A stretch of 64,000 nt of DNA. Source: Octopus sinensis (taxonomy: Eukaryota). Shown here piece after piece: positions 48,662 through 62,500 of this stretch. Every line of letters begins with the position of its first letter. The stretch's first letter is position 1. Where the stretch lies: NCBI RefSeq assembly GCF_006345805.1, contig NC_043000.1, positions 70,370,001 through 70,434,000 of the forward strand, given 5' to 3'. The notes under the pieces were generated by a model. It saw only the letters and a program-made list of their open reading frames with translations. It did no database searches and was not told the origin of the DNA. A program made the position numbers and the translations under genes.

Positions 48662-51581
48662 TTATATAATTACATGGAAGTACATGAAATTCGTTAAAAA
48701 ACGGGGATCATGTATATACCTCCTGGCTGTTGAGATTATAACACCTCGTTGTAAACAATGTTCCTTGTTTTTCCTCTTGGAGCATATACAAAAAGGTTTC
48801 TTTTGGTTCCTACTCTTGAGCAGCCCATGCGAGAAGCAGGGCTCTTCCAAGAGAAGATCAGCTACAGAGAGGGTTTGGCCCTGAGATTTGTTAATGGACA
48901 TGGCAAAGCTGACACGAAGGAGGAATTGCAGTCTTCTGAATGTAAATGGAATTTCTGCTCCTGATGGAGTAAGAGGAATTCTTGAAATAAAGACGTCATC
49001 GCCTTTTCCACATCCAGAAAGAATGATCGCCTCGATAACGTGTGACATCATTTTCTTTATCACCATATCACCAGTCGTGTTCCATTGCAAAGTCTTGGTG
49101 GTTCCAGATTGCGGAGTAGCATTACAACTTTAAGTGCTAATATGTGTGGAGGTAGTCCGGGAGGCTCCAGTGAATTGAGAAATTCAGGAGGATAGTTCAC
49201 AACTTCATTTATATCTGGAATTGTATCAACAGTCTTGTAAGTGTGTATAGTGCCGGGAAGAGAATGCATTAGCTGTTGATTAATTTTGTTAACAGCGACG
49301 TTTTTTGGAGCTAATATTGCTCTTTCACACAGCCAATTGTGAGTTTAGTAGTTTTGTGTGAAGTTGGGAAAGACTTTGTTTTTGAGGTCATCTACAGAAT
49401 TAACAACAGAGGAAAATGACCACACTTCCATTTGTCCTGCAGCATCGAGAGGCATCTTGCCTTCACCAAGTGTCAACATGTCCTGTGCAAACTTTGTGGA
49501 CATTTTGTCGCCGTGTAGCTGAGCTCTCATGTTAGTGGTGAGACTGAGGATCGTAACATGATGCCACAGGGTAGAGGACTTTAGGCATGCTTAGACTTCA
49601 TCTGCTCTAGTGCCTTTCGGAATGACAGGAAGAGTTTGCCTGAAATCACCTGACAACAGAAGCGTTACACCTCCCATTGGAGCCTGACAGTCTCGGATGT
49701 CTTTCAGGGCTCTATCTAATGCTTCCAAAGCTCCCTTGTGAGCCATAGTGCATTCATCCCAGACAATTAGATGACACATTTTAAGTACTTATCCCTGATC
49801 TGAGCTTTTGTTGATGTTGCATGAAGGCATTTCGGATGCTGCTAAATTGAAAGGGAGTTTAAAAGTTGAGTGTGCTGTCCTGCCACCGGGTAACAAAGTA
49901 GCTGCAATGCCAGAGGAGGCTACAGCTACTGCAATGTCCTGATGCTGCCTAACTTCTGCAAGGAGAAACTTTATAATAAATGTTTTTCCTGCCCCTCCAG
50001 GAGCATCGAGGAAGAAGATTCGTCCCTCGCGTTGGCGTACACTGTTAAGAATAGTTCTGTAGGCCTGCAGCTGGTCCGGAAGTAAATTAGGCTCATTTTC
50101 AACAATGTACTTTGAAAGCGCTTGAGTGTCGTAGGTTGTTTCACGAATGACAGCAGTGGGAAGGCTATTTGACCCTGACCTGAATGCTTGTGGCAAGCCA
50201 TACGTCGACAATTCATTTCCACCCAGTTTAGCAATTCTGTCTTCAATGTCAATGAGTGTTTTGTTATAGATTTCATTGCTGATACCCTCCATGTCAGGAT
50301 AGAGCAGTTGAGCTTGGCGCTGAAAGTCTTCAGCCAGGTTGTCTCTATATTTGAGCCATAAAGTGGCCGGATCACACAGTTCTCATGCCTGTAGTAATAC
50401 TGCAAATAGTGCCCTGAGACTTTTAGGTGATTTTGATAAAGCAGCCTCTCCTAAAGTTGCATCCCATTGTGCACCATCTTCTAACAGACCTTGTCGATAG
50501 CAGGCTTCTCTGTATGTTGTGCAGACATGTCCATGAACGGTTTTTAGGGCCTGGAAAAACGTTGGCCCTCTGACCTCATGCAGTAGTAGACGAAGGTAGA
50601 AGCATTCTTGTTGAGTGGGATGCACTGTGTATACTCGCCCAAGGCAAGTGTGAAACTTAATGCCAGGGTATCCATGAACATTTTGACCTGATTTCTGTGG
50701 GGCCCATTTTTTTCCATTCCAAGTGTAGTACGATAGAATCTGTGGATACAGCAAGGTTTGAGCGAATTGATCCACTTGACAAAGCTTAAAGAATGCAGTG
50801 AGTGTGCTATCCCTTGTTTCCTCTGCCAACAGAGAAGCATTAGCATCGGTGAAGTACACTCTTTGACCATTTTCCAGGTACACTGCAAGCTGTTTAATGG
50901 CGGGGTGTCGTTGGTGAATTGGAAAGCCAAAGATGCGCCAGAAAGCCTCGTTGCTACTTATGTACCGTCCCACCTGATAATGCGTCACCTCATCCTGGCA
51001 GTATTCTTGTTGAAGTCCAAACATTGCAGCGTCAGAACCCTTGTTTACATATTTGAAAACCGTTAAATCCATCAAGTACGTTTGCAAATATGTAAGCAAG
51101 GGTTCTGACGCTGCAATGTTTGAACTTCAAACTTGATAGATTTAACGGAGTTGCAAAACTCAACGCTGATGTGGGCATTGAAAGTCTTTGACAGGAGTGG
51201 GCAGTATGGAACAATCCATCTATTATCAATATCGTGATGTCCGATAGCTACTGTGAAACCTCCGTCTTCTGGTTTTCTGCGTCTGTATGATGGGTACCCA
51301 TCATCACCTGTCTGAGTTTCTTGTAGGAACATCCTTGGAAATTTTTTTGAACATATGCTGTCCTTCAAGCATGGTGTGTTTATGTTGAATCCACGCCCAC
51401 ATAGACCATTTACCATGTTTGCTTTAACTATTTCGTATAGTTCTTTGTCTAAAGCTGGATCAGGAAGCTCTGCAGAGATTATCTTGTCGATGTCATTGGA
51501 ATTGATCTTCGCTGAGAGCCAAAGCAGGATATGAGCATGTGGAAGGCTCGATTGTGTACATGTCACATTGTATGGGCCCAA
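48662..51581 (-). mobile_element. Decayed Helitron RepHel (Rep C-terminal part plus PIF1-like helicase)
   Basis: [102 protein letters not shown]. Confidence 0.95.
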
Positions 51582-51769
51582 AGACTTACCCTTTTTGCAT
51601 GAGCTCCATGAGAGAGATTAACTTCAGATGGAAAACTCGGGCGTTGAGATTCCGGTCCGAATGTAAGGCAGGTTTGAAAGTGTTCCCAACAGTTATTAGT
51701 TGTAGTGGTAGAGTGTTTATGCCGGATATGTACGTATGCAAGTATATATATATATATATGTATGTATGC

Positions 51770-51915
51770 CTGTATATATGTACAAAATCCACTGAGAAGG
51801 CTTTTGTTGGTCTGAGGTTACAGCAGAAGACACATGCCAAGTCACCACACAGTGGGACTGAACCCAGGACCATGTGTTTGGAACGTAGTTTGTTACCACA
51901 CAGCCACACCTGCCC
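51770..51915 (-). mobile_element. tRNA-derived SINE head
   Basis: Reverse complement ggggcaggtgtggctgtgtggtaac..ggtcctgggttcagtccc, same family as the head at 27130-27260. Confidence 0.8.
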
Positions 51916-52614
51916 CTATGTATGTGTGTATGTGCGTATGTGTGTATGGGTAGATATATTATGCATGTATATATGTGTATATATATGTGTACATATTACA
52001 TGTACATCTATATATATATACATCTACACATAAAATACAAAACAGAAAGTTATATCTTGATATCGCTAGTGATAACAATACTCAAAATATATAACAGACT
52101 GGAATTGTAGGCCCGTCTCTTGCAATTTCGATCAATTGGATCTTGTCCTCCGTCTTGTATAGAAGTGTACGGCTGCAGTGAAATTCATTATTGAACTTTC
52201 TTCTATCGAAGGCATTTTAACAAAAATGCTTCTGTAAAGACGGTGAAAATATTGTCAATTTCCCCAAACAGGGACACAATTCAATTTTTAAACAATAACG
52301 AAAGCCCCTTCTCCGAAAGGGGGAGGGTTACGGTTTACAATTATTTAACAAATGCAACACAACAACGTTTCCCTGACGAGGAACCAACAAATGTGATTAC
52401 AATAGTCAAACAGTAATAATAATAACAACAAACCTTTTTAATTTATCCCCGTTTATGTGAAACCACTTATTCAAGTTCAAGTCATTGATGCAATTTTATA
52501 CGAATTGCTAATACACACACACACACATAATAAGGGTGAAAAATTGAATATTAATTTTATTAATATGAATTGAAAATCAGTGGTGTAGCATATAAGACCA
52601 TAGCGGATCTTCTT

Positions 52615-52894
52615 CTAGCAAAATGGATGACCCCTTGTTAATGATTCATCCCTGTTATTTAATACTTTCACTTTAATAGTTTCAGTATTAACGTGAAAGT
52701 GTCTGCATTACAAAAGAGAGATGTTTTTGTTTCACTTTTAACACGTAATACTGAAATAGTGGAGAAGATATGATATTGCTGTGGGGTCGCCCTAGGGAAA
52801 AAGTTAAGATTTTTTGCCGATGACACTCCTCGAACCTTAAGTAAGGCGTGTGTAAAATTTGAATGTGTGTAGTTCTCAAGTTTTAGGGAAACAC

Positions 52895-52937
<43 letters not shown>

Positions 52938-52963
52938 CATTCTCAGTTTTATATATAGAGAGA
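52615..52963 (-). mobile_element. Helitron 5' terminal segment, possibly a short non-autonomous copy
   Basis: Minus strand A|TCtctctatatataaaactgagaatgtgtctgtctg. A possible hairpin plus CTAG end lies at 52615, but it is not followed by T. Confidence 0.6.
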
Positions 52964-52989
52964 TAATGGCGTTTTCAACTATGAGTTAA

Positions 52990-53470
52990 ATTAGGTAGTG
53001 TCTATCCTGGAGTACGTTTTTAAGCTCTTGCAATCTTAGTTCTCTGATACTTTTTCGGACACTATAGTGCAAATCCTTCTTGCAAGGTTGAAAGGGATAT
53101 TTTGTTTTTGATGTCTCGGGTGGCATGAGCTTAATAATAAATATTGTTTAATGTCGTCTGTGGTTTTGTAAAAAAATGTCCGTTTCTATTCTTTGTTTAT
53201 TTTTTAACCAATATGTCTAAGAATGGGAGTTCCTCTTGGTGGTGTTCCGTTGTAAATTGCAGTTGGTGTTAATGCTGTTAAGGAGTCTTTTGAACTCCAA
53301 GAGTCTATTTATGTTGTGACTCCAGAGGGTGAGGCAGTTGTTCAAAAATATTTTCCAATTTCCTTTTATGCATTGGGAGAGAGCATTGCCAAGGGCCTAT
53401 AAGCCTTTAAGAGATGTTTGCATCCTAGTTCTCCGGTTTATAGCAGTGTTCAGTGAAAACTAAATGCTTT
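52990..53470 (-). mobile_element. Decayed PLE RT-thumb fragment, same group as 45454-46400
   Basis: Minus strand gaactcccattcttagacat, atagaaacggacatt, tcatgccacccgagacat, atatccctttcaaccttgcaagaaggatttgcac (ELPFLD..IETDI..SCHP..IPFNLARRIC). Confidence 0.8.
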
Positions 53471-53582
53471 AGTTTTGTATTGGTGTATATTAGTATTTAA
53501 AATATTTATGAATGAGAAAAAGAAATGGAGAAATTGACGCAGAGACATCAGTTTATTCAAAGATATTTAAATCAAAATTAAC

Positions 53583-53775
53583 ATGAAATTCTTATCCCTA
53601 CAGTTGTTTCCATATCCAATTATTTCAATTAGAGAAATTAAATATTTTTATGTTGAAACTGGTTAATTGGGTATTTCATCAGGAGAAAATTTCCAGAAAA
53701 ATTACATTCCAACGTGTTGGTCGACTCAGATGTGTGCATTTTGGTAATGAATGTATTTTTTAAAACCGTTATGTA

Positions 53776-53830
<55 letters not shown>

Positions 53831-54083
53831 TCATAAGCGTTAAGTATGTATATAGTATACTCATAACGGTTTTTTAAATACATACATTACCAAAACGCAC
53901 ACATCTGAGTCTGTCAAGGGTCGACCAACATGTTGGAATGTAATTCCTTTCTGGAAATTCTCCCCTAATGAAACACCCAATTAACCAGTTTCAATATGAA
54001 AATTTTAAATTAATTTGATTTAATTTACTTTCTTTAATTGAATTAATTGGATATGGAAACGGGTGTAGAGATAAGAATTTCAT
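53583..54083. repeat. Imperfect inverted repeat of about 190-220 bp arms centred on a (TG)/(TA) tract
   Basis: 53583-53773 pairs with 53861-54083 with small indels. Confidence 0.85.
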
Positions 54084-54316
54084 ATATTGATTTCAATATC
54101 TTTAGATAAACTTATGTCTACACGTCAATTTCTCCATTTTCTACTTTTTCTTATTCATATATGCTTACCACACAGCCACTCCTGCGCCTATATATACTTA
54201 TTCATATATACACACCCACATACATACAGACAGACATCTATGTATGTATGTATGCATGCATTAATTCACTCGACTAACGCTTTATTCTGAAGCATATATA
54301 TATATATATTATATAA

Positions 54317-54427
<111 letters not shown>

Positions 54428-54479
54428 TTAAGTTCTAATACCACAGTAGTATCGTTAAGCCTAAACGAAATATTGTATT

Positions 54480-54740
54480 AAGTCAAAAGTTTTGCAATAT
54501 TTTGGTAACTTATTTCCTTTATTCGTCATGTTACAACCAAAGCATCTAGTATCCGAAGTAGAGGCCATCGTGTTGCACCGCATGAAGCCACCTTTCTGCC
54601 AGTTCTTTGATTCCACGCTGATATCAATTCTTCTCTTCTCTGTCATTGCTGCTTCAACATCTTCTTGGTTGATGATACGTAGCGAGCGCAGGAAGTGAGC
54701 CATGGATCGGAACAAGTAATAATCTGAGGGAGATATTTTA
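54480..54740 (-). mobile_element. Mariner transposase C-terminal remnant
   Basis: ISPSDYYLFRSMAHFLRSLRIINQEDVEAA (SPDLAPSDYHLF-like). Confidence 0.75.
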
Positions 54741-54964
54741 CAGGAATCTTAATATGTGTTGGCAGTGGTTAGTCAACGGACAGCTTCCGGAACCTGTCGC
54801 CAAACATGGGCATCTCAAATAAAAGGTAATGTTCTGCGTCCGGTAGAAGTATGAAGGGGTAATTCACTACGAGTTCATTCCGGACGGTAGGACTATCGAT
54901 GCCCACCTGTAATCCAGACGTTCTGAATTAATAATGTCGTGCAACCATAAAATTTCAGGACATT

Positions 54965-55011
<47 letters not shown>

Positions 55012-58000
55012 TCATTATTTCTCCCTAAGAAACAGTTAAAACATTTAACTAACATTTTCTTAATGTAACCTTGTTCTTCCATACGTATCATTAGCCTTTT
55101 TAATTCTATTCAAAAACAAACAAACCAACCTCATTTGTAATCTTACTCCATCTAATAACGTGACTGGAAAATACGTTATACTCTACTTCGCGGGGAATTC
55201 TATTTAGTGCCCAGGGCTATGATTCAATACGAAAATCAAAGTTATAAGTTTTATTATAAACACTAATCAACCTCTTTTCCTTCATGAATTACCCTAACAT
55301 CTAAATATTTGACTTCATCTACCGAATCACCATTTCTGATCACTTCTAGATGTTTTGGATATATATTCCCAATCAAATATTCAAAATAATTATAATTACA
55401 AATAAATGTCTCATCGATATATTTGCAGAAACCACCTCAACCTTTCTTTTTCCTTCAGTATAGATCATTCAGAAAACTAAATTCACATGAATTTGTCTGC
55501 CAAGGAAGACCCTGAGTTTATACACACCGGAAGACCCTGAGTTTATACACACCGGAAGACCCTGAGTTTATACTATGATCCTCCCTACACACAAATATAT
55601 ACATATGCTTGTGTATGTGTATGTTTATGAGAATGTATTTATGCATTTATGCTTAATTTTATCAATGTAAACCAGTTGGTTTATGCTTTTTTCTTCTTTT
55701 TCTCTCAAAACGGTGAACTGAAATAATACCAGACAGTAATAATAACTGGGACAATATAACCGATTAAGCTTTTGAATTTGGTGCCTCAGCATAGTTGCTG
55801 TCGAATAACTGAAACCAATTAAAAAATATAAAATCTCTGGCATAGTATTGATTTCAAATTTTGGTACTAGACCAGCAACTTTGGGACAGGGGATAAGTCG
55901 GTTACATTAACTCTAGAATTCAACTGCTATTTATTTTATCGATTCCAAAAGGATGAAAGGCGAAGTCGACTACGGTAGAACGTAGAATTCAGAACGTAAA
56001 AACAGATGAATTGCTGCTAAGCATATTACTCGGTGTGCTAACGATTTTGCCAGCTCGCCGCCTTTCTCTGGCCTCCTATTTGCCCATGTATCATGAAGGT
56101 GCTAGATAATCCATCAAAGTTCCTACGTACACATCTTGAGAATCTGTCCTTTTCAAAGATGCAATGAATATGTTTAATTCGCAAACCTTGGGTCCAGTAA
56201 GTGAAGCAAACATTGCAAAATTTTCTCAGACTTCATTTTCAAGTCAATCAGTCCTGGATTTATTTTTTTAATGTAGGAAACTAAATTCAGATTGAATTGG
56301 TTCGTCATCTTGGAAAGAAAATGTGAAATATCCAAATGAAATACTGAAGTACTAATATAAATATACCAAACTGAAAGGTTATATATTAATATATTTCCGT
56401 GTCTGGACAACGGCTTAGAGATAATAGCAAGAACATAGCTAGAATCTACTTAACTAAATACCATATGAGTATTCCGAAAATTGCTCTGTATTTTTCTAAG
56501 GATTCCTCTATATGTTCTAAGTCTACTGAATATGACATTGAAGAGTTATAAGAGAATGTAACAAGTATCAGCATATAATATAATTTACATAATGGATAGT
56601 ATTATATTATTGTAGTGAGCCGAAAATATATAATCAAATGAAACTTACAACTGTAATGAAAATTAAAATCCACAGTTTAGAATGTTAGACGTCTTACTTA
56701 AATGTTCCTTCGCGCAGAAGGCATTTCTGAGAAATTTTTACCTGTTATTATTACTAAATTCAAATTACAATAATAATGAAAAGAAGAATCATTGAAATCA
56801 ATGATTATTCTTGCCAAAGGCAAGGAGATAGCTTCATTATTCAAAATGATGAAAAAAAATCAAATGGGGACATACAGTTGGAAACAAGTCTGAATTTTTG
56901 CTTGATACAGTAACAACTTTAGTTGTCTTATGTCAGTGTAGGGAGCGATTTTCTTTTGTTTAGCTTTATTTTTCTTTTTTTTTTTTTTGCTAAAATCCTA
57001 TATATTCTCTCAATCATTCTTAGATATGGTAAAAAAAAACTAATAATATTATGTTGATAAGGACTAATAAGATCGAAACATATGGAGTTATCAGGCTCAC
57101 TCCCCACTGCATAGTCCCGTTCAATTTTTAAGCAATATTAGTACTGAAGTAATCTTCCTTATTTGTAACAATTATCATTAAACCTAATAATTTTTCTTTT
57201 CATAACGGATATAATTTTAATTTTGGAGTTCACATCATTACGTATATTATCTCCCACTTTACTATATATTTTCCATTCGGTAAGCATCGCTAAGAAAATT
57301 TCCCATGTTATGACATTATTTATTTTGTCAACACCAACAACTATTTTTGTCTCAACTATATTGAGGAATTCGGAAACCCATATAAATTGCTTTTGTTATA
57401 GTTGCTGTTGACAATTTCAATTTTTGATGCTTTTGTTAGCCCTAAGCTAGCTTTCCAATAGTGACTATCCAGTCTTTTTTTGTTTAGTTCAAAACAATGT
57501 GTTCTAATTTTGTAAGACAATGCGGTATTTTTCTTCAAAGTCGAGTAACCATAGAGTCTGCCACATAGGGTCAATAAGAGAAGTAAATGTTAACGTTGAT
57601 TTTTAATTTCACTTTGAATTCTTTTAGATAATTGGTAAAAAGTACAACGCTGTCAAGAAGAGTGTTGAAAGAGGCTCAGCGAATGGAGAATAGAATAACA
57701 TGCTTACTGCAAAAGAAGAAGCTGGTAAAAATATCAAAAAGTTCAGAGAAGAGTTCATTATGGTAATAAAAATTTCCAGTTACAAGCACACAGTCTGTAA
57801 TTATGGAAACGGGGCTTAGATCAAGCGCAGCTATTGACTGATATTATATTTTATCGACCAGAAAGGATTTTTAAAATTCTGAACCTCGTTGGGATTTGAA
57901 CTTGGAACGTAAAGAACTGGAACAAAAAAAAACTATAAGAATTTTTTTCCCAGAAATCCTTAGTCCTTCCAATCCACCGATCTGACAATATAGTAATAAT

Positions 58001-58313
58001 CCTTTCTATTATAGGCATAAGGCCTGAAATTTAGAGGAGGAGTTGGTCGACGACATCGACTCCAGTGCTCAGCTATTCCGGAATGGTGCCTCTCACGTTT
58101 TTTTTTTTTTTTGTTTTAGGTAGGGTATATATATATTAGTGGTTAAAATCTGATTTGAGGAAGTGTTGGTTGTTGGTTTTTCCATGTCGAATAATCACGT
58201 TAAGCTTCCTTCCTAGGGTTGATATATACGGTGTTTGTGTGTGTGTGTGTGTGTGTGTCTGTCTGTCTGTCTGTCTGTCTGTATGTGTGCGCACATATAC
58301 ATACATACATATA

Positions 58314-58720
58314 CTCTTTTACTCTTTACTCTTTTACTTGTTTCAGTCATTTGACTGCGGCCATGCTGGAGCACCGCCTTTAATCGAGCAACTCGACCCC
58401 AGGACTTATTCTTTTGTAAGCCCAGTACTTATTTTATCGGTCTCTTTTTGCCGAACCGCTAAGTAACGGGGACATAAACACACCAGCATCGGTTGTCAAG
58501 CAATGCTAGGGGGACAAACACAGACACACAAACACACACACATACACATATATATATACATATATACGACAGGCTTCTTTCAGTTTCCGTCTACCAAATC
58601 CACTCACAAGACATTGGTCGGCCCGGGGCTATAGCAGAAGACACTTGCCCAAGATGCCACGCAGTGGGACTGAACCCGGAACCATGTGGTTGGTTAGCAA
58701 GCTACTTACCACACAGCCAC
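58314..58720 (-). mobile_element. tRNA-derived SINE, near-identical to 26837-27260, head slightly clipped
   Basis: Shares long exact blocks, e.g. gacaggcttctttcagtttccgtctaccaaatccactcacaagacattggtcggcccggggctatagcagaagacacttgcccaagatgccacgcagtgg. Confidence 0.92.
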
Positions 58721-58729
58721 TTAAAGAAA

Positions 58730-59790
58730 GTTATAAATTCTTTATCGGAACGACACTAACAATTGTGGAAGAAGTTTGGATATGGTTGAAAGAGGCTCTG
58801 TCACCTCTGATGAAACTAGGAACCAATCTGCTTAAATTAATAAATAGCATTCATGCCTCAATCCAATCCACTATGGAAATGAATGAAAAGGAACTCCCCT
58901 TTCTGGCTATTCTGATATTCAAAGAAAATGAGACAGTTACAACTGACCTCTACTGCAAGAACACAGTCATACACCAATATTTAGATGTTAGATCTTGCCA
59001 TCCTTCCCATAGAAAAAGTAACATACCATTTAATATGACAAAGCATATGTGCTCAGTAGTCACAGATAACGTTAAATGAGAGAAAAGAATAGCAAAAATA
59101 GTATTCCTTCAGAAACAAAAATATCCCAACAAAGTAATTCAACATGACGTACCAAAAGCAAAGAGAAACACTCAGGCTAGGTGTGAAAACAAAAATACAA
59201 ATACAATTATTCCATTTGTATCCACCCACAATCCTAGAAACCACGCCATCCTGCATTCAGTCAAACGATACCTCTTAATTCTTCATCAACCACCAAATCT
59301 CCCACGAATAATTTTAAAAATCACAAATTAGCAACAGTCGAAGACAACCACTAAACCTCAAAGGTGAGATTCACATTTGAAAAAGAAACGATGCAAGTAA
59401 CCAACTGTAGAGACCCTTGTTGTGGGATATGTGAATTAATTGAACAAGAGACAACCAACAGATTCAAGAATGGGAAGGAATTATAGGTGAATGCAAACAT
59501 GAATTGCAAAACAAAAAATTCATCTACTGCATCACATGTCCCAATGCAATGAAAACTACATTGGGGAGACAAGAAGGGAACTGACCAGTCGTGTAAATTT
59601 GCATATACAACAAATTCACCACTTAATAATGCAGTGAACATCTAGATATTTGTGCAAATGGAAAATTTTTTAATATTCCATGTTACCAAATAAACGATGA
59701 AAATGATCAACTACGAAAGGCAAAATGTAAAAGAATATTTACATATTCCCTTTTTACAAAATATATAAAAATGATTAACTATGAAAGACA
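58730..59790 (+). mobile_element. Decayed PLE (RT thumb to GIY-YIG)
   Basis: SIQSTMEMNEKELPFLAILI..TTDLYCK..SCHPSHRKSNIPFN; later CCGICELI and GIY-YIG-like remnants. Confidence 0.8.
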
Positions 59791-60189
59791 AAGGAAGAAT
59801 ACTTCATGAAAATCCTAAGTCCGAAAATAAACCGGAAATAGTTAATACTACCACTACTACAAAAATAACAACTTCCTCTTTCAAACATTATCTAAGAACA
59901 CGTGTGTTTGAAAATATAATCGAAAGCGGTTACACACACAGTAGAAAGAAACTTCTTCCACAAAGAATAGTGACGTTCTGATAAAGAATTTATAACTTTT
60001 TAAAATATTTTTAAAAATCTTTTTTATACTTAATAAAATTCTATCAAGTAATTTTCACAAAGACATTTAAATATATATATTTTCTGTATGTGTTATATAT
60101 ATATTATATTTATTATATTATATTATATTATATTATATTATATTATATTATATTATATTATATTATATTATATAAACATACATACATAC

Positions 60190-61740
60190 AGGGACCAAAG
60201 AGTAGATGAAAACATCTTTCGATGTTACTTGTAACAAGGCATGTGTCACTAAAGAATATTGCAGCCGGATAAGGAAAATATGAACCTCGTAACTCTCTGC
60301 ATTCAATAAAACAGTGGCCTAAAGTGTGTTTTGCAGTTCCAGCACTGATACCAACATCTGGGCTACTTGATTGGATGCTTGATGAAATCCAAGCCATTGA
60401 TGTGAAAACCCGGAAGATTTTGACCAATACGAATAATTTCCACATCAACAGCGACGTAGACCACCTCTACTTAAAACGAAAACAAAGAGAGAGAGGCTTA
60501 ACATCGATCCAGACAGCCTTTGAATATCATATCCCTTCGGCAGCATCTTTTATCCACCACGTCTCGAAGTACATCCCTTGACTAAGTTTGCATACACGAG
60601 GCAGATAACATCATGAGTCTTGGAAAGCAACTCTTCGAACAACATTCTTTGTATAATAACCTTGAATTCATGCCTAAAAAGTTGCACGACTCTACCACAA
60701 CGTACCATCAGATGAAAGGACAGGACTATATCAGCAGAAGGCTATGCCTGGGTATGTTAGCAGAAAGCTCCAAGATGACAATAACATTGATCTGATCATA
60801 AAAGCAGTCTATCATGGACCAACAACCGGATTACTAATGCTCACTTTGAAGGATATGCATTTTCAGTCCATGAACAGCAACCAAGTACCTGATGCACAAA
60901 AGGGGTAGAGACGCAGGAAAAACACCAAAATGTGATAGCCAACGCAGACTTTGTGGAGTTAACACCAAAGATATCATCCACATCATAAGCAGTTGTCCAA
61001 AAATGTCATCGAATTATTATTTACTGATGAGATGTAACCGAGATACTGCATAATGAGATCCAGCAGAAGGATAATCTTGCAGTCAAAAAGATAAGAACCC
61101 ACAGTATTCTAGAGGTTATAGCTATTCATAATATGAAAGAGTACTGATGGAATGTCTCAGTGAAAACTTCAAAAAAATGTAAGCATAACAGACCAGACAT
61201 TGTGATTTGGGACAGGAAAGAGAAACAATGTACAGTAGTGAAAATCAACTGTCCAGTGGATGTCAAAATAAAGCTATAGATTAGTGAAAAAGAAAACACC
61301 TACGCTGAATTATTGAGAAGTTTACAGTTACTCTACCCGGATTACAAGGTTTATACTTGTGATTATTGTGGCACTTGGATATGTAACAAACTGCCTAAGC
61401 ACATATCTTGAGAAATTGGGCTTTTCAAAACCAAAAAGAAGAAAGCTAATCAGAAGATTACAGATCCAAGCCATCCATGGAAATGTGAAAATTTGTAAAA
61501 CTTTCCAGAAATTTAGGATTTAAGTATGCGCATGTCTAGACATGCAACTATGTGCATGAGAATATATACATAAAACATACAAATCTTCACATGCACTGAT
61601 TCCAAATACTGCTCACAGACACACAAACATGCCCAAATACCTTGTTGAAGTTGTTGAAATTCCAATGAAGGAGCCTTGGATCTATGTTAGAAACAGGCTC
61701 TTTCACTATTGGCAAGAAATTTAGAAATAAAACTAAATAA
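60190..61740 (+). mobile_element. 5'-truncated R4-clade LINE between (TACA)n runs
   Basis: VKTRKILT..FHINSDVDHLYLKR..RGL, CRLCG..HIISSCP, HNRPDIVIWD, EKENTYAELLRSLQLLYPDY; catacatacataca at the 5' junction and after the 3' UTR. Confidence 0.85.
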
Positions 61741-61809
61741 TAACATACATATGCATACACACATACATACCTAAATACATACATACATACATACATACAT
61801 ACATACATA

Positions 61810-62500
61810 GAGTATGAAAGACATCACCAACATCATCAGAGGCTGCCCAAAAATGTCTACGAGATACTACCTGCCCTTGAGGCATGATATGGTTGCAAAG
61901 GCTATTTACAGTGCTACCGCAGGAAAGATTGCCCTGGCATATACGTCAAGACATATAAGAACCAACAAGTATTCACACCTTTAAAAACAATGAATGCCAA
62001 TAGAAACATCAATTCGGTGCAAACATAACAGACCTGATATTTTTCTGTGAAACAGGAAACAAAAGTCATGCACTGTTGTAGAAGTAAGCAGCTCAACGGA
62101 CGTGAATGTACAATCAAAAGACCATGAAAAAGAGGCCATTTATGATGAATTAATGCGGAACTTACAGCTCTAGTACCCTGGGTACTATGATCATTGTACC
62201 AATGATCATAGATGCATTAGGTTATGTACCCAACAATTGTGCACAAAAACTTAGAAATAAAATAATCTGACGTGGATTCTCCAAATACAGCAAAGATTTG
62301 TAAGACATTCCAAAACTTCTTCACCTGAGAATCTTTTGTGAACAAATGCACACACTTGGGTGTATGCATCGACAGTTCAATCAACACACCAAGTCAAACA
62401 CATATTTACAAACACCGGGAACTTAATTCAAAAAGCCCGGTCGCTTTGCTAGCGACCGGCTTGAACTCTCTCAAGAACTTAAATAAAACTAAAAAGAAAA
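61810..62500 (+). mobile_element. Second R4-clade 3' fragment with a different 3' UTR
   Basis: DITNIIRGCPKMSTRYYLPLRHDMVAK, HNRPDIFL, VEVSSST; starts straight after a (TACA)n run. Confidence 0.75.

Noticed and set aside
52360-52400. cgtttccctgacgagg, hammerhead-like words
   Set aside because: No stem II and no downstream GAAA.
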